The notes beneath the pieces are model-generated. The model was not told the origin of the DNA. It saw only the letters and a list, made by a program, of their open reading frames with translations, and searched no databases. A stretch of 21,288 bases of DNA from an uncultured Clostridia bacterium (lineage in GTDB: Bacteria > Bacillota > Clostridia > Christensenellales > Aristaeellaceae), in assembly GCA_937907055.1 (NCBI GenBank), contig CALCTW010000042.1, forward strand, positions 1 to 21,288, in the 5' to 3' direction. Position 1 is the stretch's first letter; each line of letters starts with the position of its first letter. Positions 16,635-21,288 of this stretch are shown here, in pieces. The translations under genes were made by a program, and so were the position numbers.

Positions 16635-17555
16635 ATGAAAAAGCTGCTTGTTCTTCTCGCCCTGATGCTGATGATCGCTGCTCCTGCCTGCGCGGAAAGC
16701 CGGATCCTGGTGGCATGCTTCTCGGTCACGGGCAATACAGCACCGATCGCGCAGATGGCTGCGGAAGTGCTGAACGCTGATTACTATGAGATCGTACCGG
16801 AAATACCTTACACGGACGCGGATATACAGTATACCAACAGTGCCTGCCGCGCGAACCGTGAGCAGGAGGACAATGCCTGCCGTCCTGCCATCGCCGGCGA
16901 AGCACTTGATATGAGCGGTTATGACACCGTGCTGATCGCTTATCCTATCTGGTGGGGTGAAGAGCCGCGCGTCATCGATACATTCATGGAGACATACGAC
17001 CTTTCAGGCAAAACGCTGGCAACCTTCTGCACCTCCGGCAGCAGCGGCATTGGCACAGCCGAACGGAATCTTCAGGCGCTTGCGCCGGAAGGTCATTGGC
17101 TGGGCGCGAAACGCTTTCAGGTCGGTGCGGATCGCGTAACTGTTCGGTCCTGGCTGAACGAGATCGGGATTGAGCCCGATGAACAGAAGGAGGAAACCGT
17201 CATGATGAAGCTGGAGATCGGCGGTACAGTTTTGTATGCGGAGTTTGCCGACACTGACGCTGCCCGCGCGCTGCAGGAAAAGCTCATGCAGAGCAGCGTG
17301 ACCATCGATGTGAGCAATTACGGCGGCTGGGAAAAGGTTGGTGATCTGCCCTGGTCGCTGCCTGCCGGCGATGAACAGCTGACAGCGCAGCCCGGAGACA
17401 TCATGCTGTATGTCGGGCATTCCATCGTGCTGTTCTACGGCAATAACAGCTGGGCTTATACCCGTTTGGGACAAATTGCAGACTGTGATGCAAACGAACT
17501 TCGTGAGATCCTGGGCGGAAATGAAAGCCGGCTGACCCTGTCTCTTGCAGAATGA
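16635..17555 (+). CDS. Signal-peptide-bearing flavodoxin (flavodoxin_4-like) fused to a cyclophilin-like-fold domain
   Basis: N-terminus MKKLLVLLALMLMIAAPACA/ES looks like a Sec signal with an AxA site. The flavodoxin part has ILVACFSVTGNT..LIAYPIWWGE..FCTSGSSG. After the acidic linker EPDEQKEE comes MKLEIGGTVLYAEFADTDAARALQEKL..GDIMLYVGHSIVLFYG, typical of the cyclophilin-like family often found after such flavodoxins. SD AAAGGAG (16621-16627). Confidence 0.75.
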   Translation: MKKLLVLLALMLMIAAPACAESRILVACFSVTGNTAPIAQMAAEVLNADYYEIVPEIPYTDADIQYTNSACRANREQEDNACRPAIAGEALDMSGYDTVLIAYPIWWGEEPRVIDTFMETYDLSGKTLATFCTSGSSGIGTAERNLQALAPEGHWLGAKRFQVGADRVTVRSWLNEIGIEPDEQKEETVMMKLEIGGTVLYAEFADTDAARALQEKLMQSSVTIDVSNYGGWEKVGDLPWSLPAGDEQLTAQPGDIMLYVGHSIVLFYGNNSWAYTRLGQIADCDANELREILGGNESRLTLSLAE

Positions 17556-17590
17556 TCGATTTGATACAAGTCAGAAAGTGAGAAATCAGC

Positions 17591-17923
17591 ATGGCCATCA
17601 CCGTAAACATCTACTATACAGGAGAAGGAACAAACGCCAGGAAGTTTGCTGAAGAGATGGTATCCAGCGGCACGGTCGAGAAAATCAGAGCTGAGGCAGG
17701 CAATCTCCGCTATGAATACTTCTTTCCGATGGACGATCAGCGTACCGTTTTGCTGATCGACAGTTGGGAGAATCAGGCCGCTATTGATGTACATCATCAG
17801 TCACCTATGATGAATACCATCATAAGCCTGCGTGAAAAGTATGATCTGCACATGAAAGTTGAGCGGTATATTACGGATGAAGACGGTGTGCCGACAAGTG
17901 ACAAGGCTTTTGTCAGGTCATAA
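17591..17923 (+). CDS. ABM-domain (antibiotic biosynthesis monooxygenase / YgiN-like quinol monooxygenase) protein
   Basis: 110 aa. Ferredoxin-like ABM pattern (ITVNIYYTGEG..RAEAGNLRYEYFFPMDD..VLLIDSWENQAAIDVHHQSPMM). TAA stop. Confidence 0.7.
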   Translation: MAITVNIYYTGEGTNARKFAEEMVSSGTVEKIRAEAGNLRYEYFFPMDDQRTVLLIDSWENQAAIDVHHQSPMMNTIISLREKYDLHMKVERYITDEDGVPTSDKAFVRS

Positions 17924-17997
17924 TACAGTCTCGGTTGTTGAGAAATATATCCTTCCTAAGCTTACAAAGAGATATTTCGCTTTCTATTGAAATGCAA

Positions 17998-18070
17998 AAC
18001 CAGCCTCCAACATCATCGCTCACCTGCAAATGAAGCAGGTAACGAAAATGAAGGAGGCTGGTTCGTTTTT
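17998..18070 (+). terminator. Two-tier hairpin with T-tract between convergent genes (probable terminator)
   Basis: Outer 11-bp stem AACCAGCCTCC (17998-18008) / GGAGGCTGGTT (18053-18063). Inner stem ACCTGC (18022-18027) / GCAGGT (18035-18040). Followed by CGTTTTT (18064-18070). Confidence 0.5.
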
Positions 18071-18099
18071 CTCAAATAGCTTGATATCTCAAATGGAGA

Positions 18100-18705
18100 T
18101 TATTCACCGGCGCGGATGTTCTTGACCGTCTTTTGCTCAATGGTCAGATGCTCATAGATGCGTTCGCCGCCATTGCCGGTGGGCGCCTGCGCCAGCATGC
18201 CAACCTTGATGGCCTTGCAGGAGGGCATCAGGAAGTAACGTGTCATATGGAAATGCTCGCCGTCCTTGGAATAGTGGAAGGAGAAGGCACGGCCAACGCG
18301 GCATACACGCAGCCAAAGGTAGTCCTGACCTTCAATGTCGCAGCCATTGGCGTCGTCAGATTCGCCATTCTTGGTCACCACGCTGACGGCGGCATGGGTA
18401 CCGAAATCGGTCAGTTCAAAGCAGCACTTGGCCCAATTGGTCATGTCCTGCATGATCATGATGGATGCGGAGTCATAGGTCTCACGGAACGCGTGGGATA
18501 CCTTCACCTGCAGAACAAAGTCGCCCTCGATCTCCGTGTGATAGTAAGGTGCGTTGCACAGAGATTCGGGCAGGATACCTTCCTCGCTGCTGGTCTCGCC
18601 ACCGCAGAAGAAGTCCGTCAGCGCAGGGGCAGTCATGATGATCTTGTCATCTTCAAAACGAACCTCACCCTGGTTGATCCACTGGAAATTGTCAAAGCAA
18701 ACCAT
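18100..18705 (-). CDS. DUF1349-family (concanavalin-A-like lectin/glucanase fold) protein
   Basis: Start ATG 18705 with AGGAGG 6 nt upstream; the track start 18798 has no SD. The sequence (FQWINQGEVRFEDDKIIMTAPALTDFF.., LWLRVCRVGRAFSFHYSKDGEHF) is typical of DUF1349. TAA at 18100-18102. Confidence 0.7.
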   Translation of the reverse strand: MVCFDNFQWINQGEVRFEDDKIIMTAPALTDFFCGGETSSEEGILPESLCNAPYYHTEIEGDFVLQVKVSHAFRETYDSASIMIMQDMTNWAKCCFELTDFGTHAAVSVVTKNGESDDANGCDIEGQDYLWLRVCRVGRAFSFHYSKDGEHFHMTRYFLMPSCKAIKVGMLAQAPTGNGGERIYEHLTIEQKTVKNIRAGE

Positions 18706-18844
18706 ATTATGCCTCCTGTTTTTCAGATGCGTTGATGTACACCTTGCCTTCCGGCAAGTATGTGATATAATAATACAGCATAACCAACAGAAGTGCATCC
18801 GATTATATCACCATTTTATATGACGATGTCACCAAAGGAGCAAT

Positions 18845-19789
18845 ATGGCTGTATCAAAATGTGTTTCCCTGTCTGCCGAGAACCATCTTGCAGCAAATGA
18901 TCCCGGTTTGAGTTTCCGGATTGATGAAACCGGCTGCAACAGTACGCCGGATTTTCCTGTTGCGGTATACCTCGATAACGTGACAACAGACTATGTCAAC
19001 TGGCACTGGCATGATGAGATCGAGGTGGGTTTCATTGTGGAAGGTTCAGTCGTAGTCGGCAGCGGAACAAGTAAAGCGACACTGACAAGCGGAGATGTAT
19101 TCTTTGTCAATTCCGGCGTACTGCACGCCATGTACAACGCCTCAGCTCCAGAAAGTGCGATCTTCAAATCCATCACATTCAACGGGTCTGTCGTCGGCGG
19201 AGAGCAGAACAGTATCTATTGGCAGAAATACCTGAAGCCTATTCTCAACGCCGCACATTTCAGAAGCCTGGTATTGCCAGCGGGCAGCGAGCACCATGCC
19301 GCTGTCATACCCCTGTTGTCTGAGATTTGGGAACTGGTAGCGCAGGAACCTGAACACTACGAGATCCTTGTTCGCAATGGCCTTTCCAATTTGGTTTGCA
19401 TTTTGCTCCAGATTCAGAAGGAAGCAAGTGATGATCCATCGCAAAGCGCGTATAGCCTCCGACTGGAAAGACGCCTGCATCAAATGTTGGATCATATTCA
19501 TGTCCACTATGGCGAACACATCACGCTGGATGACCTGGCCAGCACCGCAGCCATCAGCAAAACGGAAGTGATGCGCTGTTTCAAGAGCATCATTGGCAAG
19601 TCACCGATACGCTATCTGATGGAATACAGACTTCAGCAGGCAGCCTATCTTCTGTTGCATACGGAGAACACAGTGCAGCAGATCGGTGAATGCTGCGGGT
19701 TTGAGGATAACAGCTATTTTGCCAAGTCCTTCCGTGTGATGTATCAGGTGACACCCACCGAATACCGACGGAGAAGATTTCAAGAATGA
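18845..19789 (+). CDS. AraC-family transcriptional regulator with N-terminal cupin sensor domain
   Basis: C-terminal double HTH (ITLDDLASTAAISKTEVMRCFKSIIGKSPIRYLMEYRLQQAAYLL..IGECCGFEDNSYFAKSFR). N-terminal cupin (WHWHDEIEVGFIVEGS..GDVFFVNSGVLH). SD AAAGGAG. Divergent from the DUF1349 gene. Confidence 0.88.
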   Translation: MAVSKCVSLSAENHLAANDPGLSFRIDETGCNSTPDFPVAVYLDNVTTDYVNWHWHDEIEVGFIVEGSVVVGSGTSKATLTSGDVFFVNSGVLHAMYNASAPESAIFKSITFNGSVVGGEQNSIYWQKYLKPILNAAHFRSLVLPAGSEHHAAVIPLLSEIWELVAQEPEHYEILVRNGLSNLVCILLQIQKEASDDPSQSAYSLRLERRLHQMLDHIHVHYGEHITLDDLASTAAISKTEVMRCFKSIIGKSPIRYLMEYRLQQAAYLLLHTENTVQQIGECCGFEDNSYFAKSFRVMYQVTPTEYRRRRFQE

Positions 19790-19888
19790 TTGGCTGATGT
19801 CAGAATGAGTTATCTGGAATCAATTTACTTAGCTATATCCATCGAAGTATATTAAGTGATTATTGCTATCATTTGATTTTTCACGAAT

Positions 19889-19932
19889 ACATAAAATTGG
19901 CATCCATGACCTTGCGCTGAGTCATGGATGCC
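19889..19932 (-). terminator. Rho-independent terminator on the minus strand (downstream of the HPr-like gene)
   Basis: Perfect 12-bp stem GGCATCCATGAC (19899-19910) / GTCATGGATGCC (19921-19932), followed on the minus strand by AATTTTATGTATT. Confidence 0.7.
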
Positions 19933-20009
19933 ATCGGAAATATAGGATGATCTGATCAGAGGAGGATATCAGATCGTATACGTTTGGGGACAAAACATTT
20001 ACGCTTCCA

Positions 20010-20282
20010 TCAGTTTGGTAAAGAGGGGTTACGTCTCAAGAATTTCTCTACGGTTTGTACCAACTGTTGAGCCTGCGGCCCATCGGCTGAGATCAGAAGT
20101 TCATCACCGCCTAGAATCATCATGCTGAGTAGACCGAGCAAAGTGTTTCCGGGCATTTGGCAGTTTTCCTTTTGCAGATACAACTACGTATCGGCAAATC
20201 CACGGGCATTACTGCAAAGCTTGGCTGCCTGTTGAATCTGCATCAGGCCAAATTCCGGGGCTACTTGACATAAACACTGCAT
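20010..20282 (-). pseudogene. HPr/Crh-like phosphocarrier-fold ORF lacking the His15 motif and carrying one in-frame TAG
   Basis: My manual minus-strand translation is MQCLCQVAPEFGLMQIQQAAKLCSNARGFADT*LYLQKENCQMPGNTLLGLLSMMILGGDELLISADGPQAQQLVQTVEKFLRRNPSLPN. It aligns over its full length with HPr (G[IL]HARPA..KS[IL]MG[IVL]MSLG..G.E[IVL].I.A.G.DE..A). GLHARPA is GLMQIQQ here and Ser46 aligns with Thr. TAG is at 20184-20186. SD AAAGGAG lies 9 nt before ATG 20282. TGA at 20010-20012. The gene is absent from the ORF track because the TAG splits it into pieces under 60 aa. Confidence 0.6.
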
Positions 20283-20400
20283 GACGAACGACTCCTTTCT
20301 GCTCTCTCCTGACGCACAATGCCGCTGGTACTTCAAGAGACAAAAGAACAAATCCGCTCCAGGTATTTATACTGAGGAAGTGTTGATCTATCTTTTGTGA

Positions 20401-21288
20401 TTACTGAACCTGCACCCAGATAATGCCCTCCATCATCGCAGACTGAGGCACATAGGAGCCGCAGGCGTCGATCAGCGCTTCGATGTTGGAGGGAGCCTCA
20501 TAGCCCTCCGCGATCATGTAAGGACCGTTGTTGATCCAGCCGAGAGGCTGACCGTCCAGCATGGGAACATCGTGGATGAGTTCTTCCAGCGGCTGATCGT
20601 TCAGGGTCGTCGTCACGGTATTGTTTGCAGCACCGGTGTTGGCAATGGGCGTGTATTGCAGGATCTGCAGCATGTAGTATACGTCGATCCGGCCTGCGAT
20701 CGCACCGATGTTCAGCTTGCCCTTGTCGCTGTCCAGCGTGCTGTGGTCAGTGATGGCCGCATTGACGGTGCTGTTTTCGGTGATCAGATAGCGCTGGCTG
20801 CCGGTCACGCCGCCGATATTGACGCTGCTCTCACCCACAGGCTTGTTGACCGTCGTATCGATCACCGCGTTGACCGTGCTGCTCTTGGTGGACGTATTGG
20901 AGCCGCCGAGGCCGCCGACATTGACCGTCAGCAGGGTGTCGGCTTCAGCGGACGAAGCATCATTGGCATTCAGCTTCAGCGTGACTGCGTCTGCCGCGCA
21001 GCCGGAAACCATGGCGTAATTTTCACCGATCAGACCGCCCAAGTAGATCTCGCCGCCATGGGACTTGATGGTCTGTGCATCCAGTGCAATGGTGCCGCTG
21101 ACAGAGCAGTCCGTCACATTGGAGCTCCAGCCGCCGGCTTCCAGACCGGAAACGCAGACGAACAGGGAATCACGATTCGCAGCCTTTGCTTCATCGGTGA
21201 CCACGTTGATCTGTGCATCGACGACCTTCACATTGGTGAGGTTGGAAGCCATGTCGAAGGCAGCCACAGTAGAAACATAGAGATAATC
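20401..21288 (-). CDS. C-terminal part of a large secreted/surface protein with GLUG-like repeats (continues beyond the window edge)
   Basis: The frame stays open from 21267 up to nt 21288 (..DYLYVSTVAAFDMASN..). Repeated units: IYLGGLIGENYAMVSGC, VNVGGLGGSN, VNIGGVTGSQ, LNIGAIAGRI, resembling the GLUG motif. The last ~90 aa have no recognisable anchor. TAA at 20401-20403. Confidence 0.65.
   Translation of the reverse strand, partial: DYLYVSTVAAFDMASNLTNVKVVDAQINVVTDEAKAANRDSLFVCVSGLEAGGWSSNVTDCSVSGTIALDAQTIKSHGGEIYLGGLIGENYAMVSGCAADAVTLKLNANDASSAEADTLLTVNVGGLGGSNTSTKSSTVNAVIDTTVNKPVGESSVNIGGVTGSQRYLITENSTVNAAITDHSTLDSDKGKLNIGAIAGRIDVYYMLQILQYTPIANTGAANNTVTTTLNDQPLEELIHDVPMLDGQPLGWINNGPYMIAEGYEAPSNIEALIDACGSYVPQSAMMEGIIWVQVQ

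Noticed and set aside
15416-16735. 439-aa minus-strand ORF antisense to the AKR-FeS gene
   Set aside because: This is a shadow ORF. The sense strand has AKR and double CxxCxxCxxxCP motifs and proper SD spacing.
1-21288. CRISPR arrays, tRNA/rRNA genes, IS elements, integrases, prophage or known defence-system genes
   Set aside because: I scanned intergenic regions and all track ORFs by eye. I found no direct-repeat/spacer arrays, no cloverleaf-like segments, and no transposase, recombinase or phage-like translations.

Overview
The window reads as a chromosomal segment of a moderately GC-rich Gram-positive anaerobe. I infer Clostridia-like, from AGGAGG-type Shine-Dalgarno sites, hairpin plus T-tract terminators and the gene families present. 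No rRNA, tRNA, CRISPR array, transposase, integrase or phage gene was recognised.

Left half (1-12012), mostly housekeeping:
- a 5'-truncated ABC ATPase
- a TtcA-family PP-loop ATPase
- argF, with ARG-box-like AT-rich dyads upstream
- carA and carB
- a heterodimeric ABC exporter pair

Right half (12013-21288), accessory modules separated by AT-rich seams:
- an esterase
- a LysR regulator divergent from a five-gene redox operon: small Cys-containing helical protein, CMD/AhpD-like protein, aldo-keto reductase with 2x[4Fe-4S], signal-peptide flavodoxin fused to a cyclophilin-like domain, and an ABM monooxygenase
- a DUF1349 / AraC divergent pair
- a decayed HPr-like gene
- the 3' end of a large GLUG-repeat surface protein

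Items most worth a second look:
1. carB runs without a stop into a full-length DapF-like domain. One of that domain's two catalytic cysteines is Ala (CGNG -> AGNN) and CGTG is CGPG. This suggests a CPSase carrying a pseudo-epimerase, possibly ligand-sensing, module.
2. Two otherwise intact genes (an ABC exporter half and the HPr-like gene) each carry a single in-frame TAG, while none of the 18 visible gene ends uses TAG.
3. The first ORF is a clean three-way mosaic of UvrA-like, EcfA-like and GlnQ-like ATPase segments, with junctions at Walker A and at the ABC signature and a GC shift at the first junction. It is either a recombinant or an assembly chimera.
4. The LysR-controlled redox island is uncharacterised.

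All family assignments come from motif recognition by eye. No database search was run.
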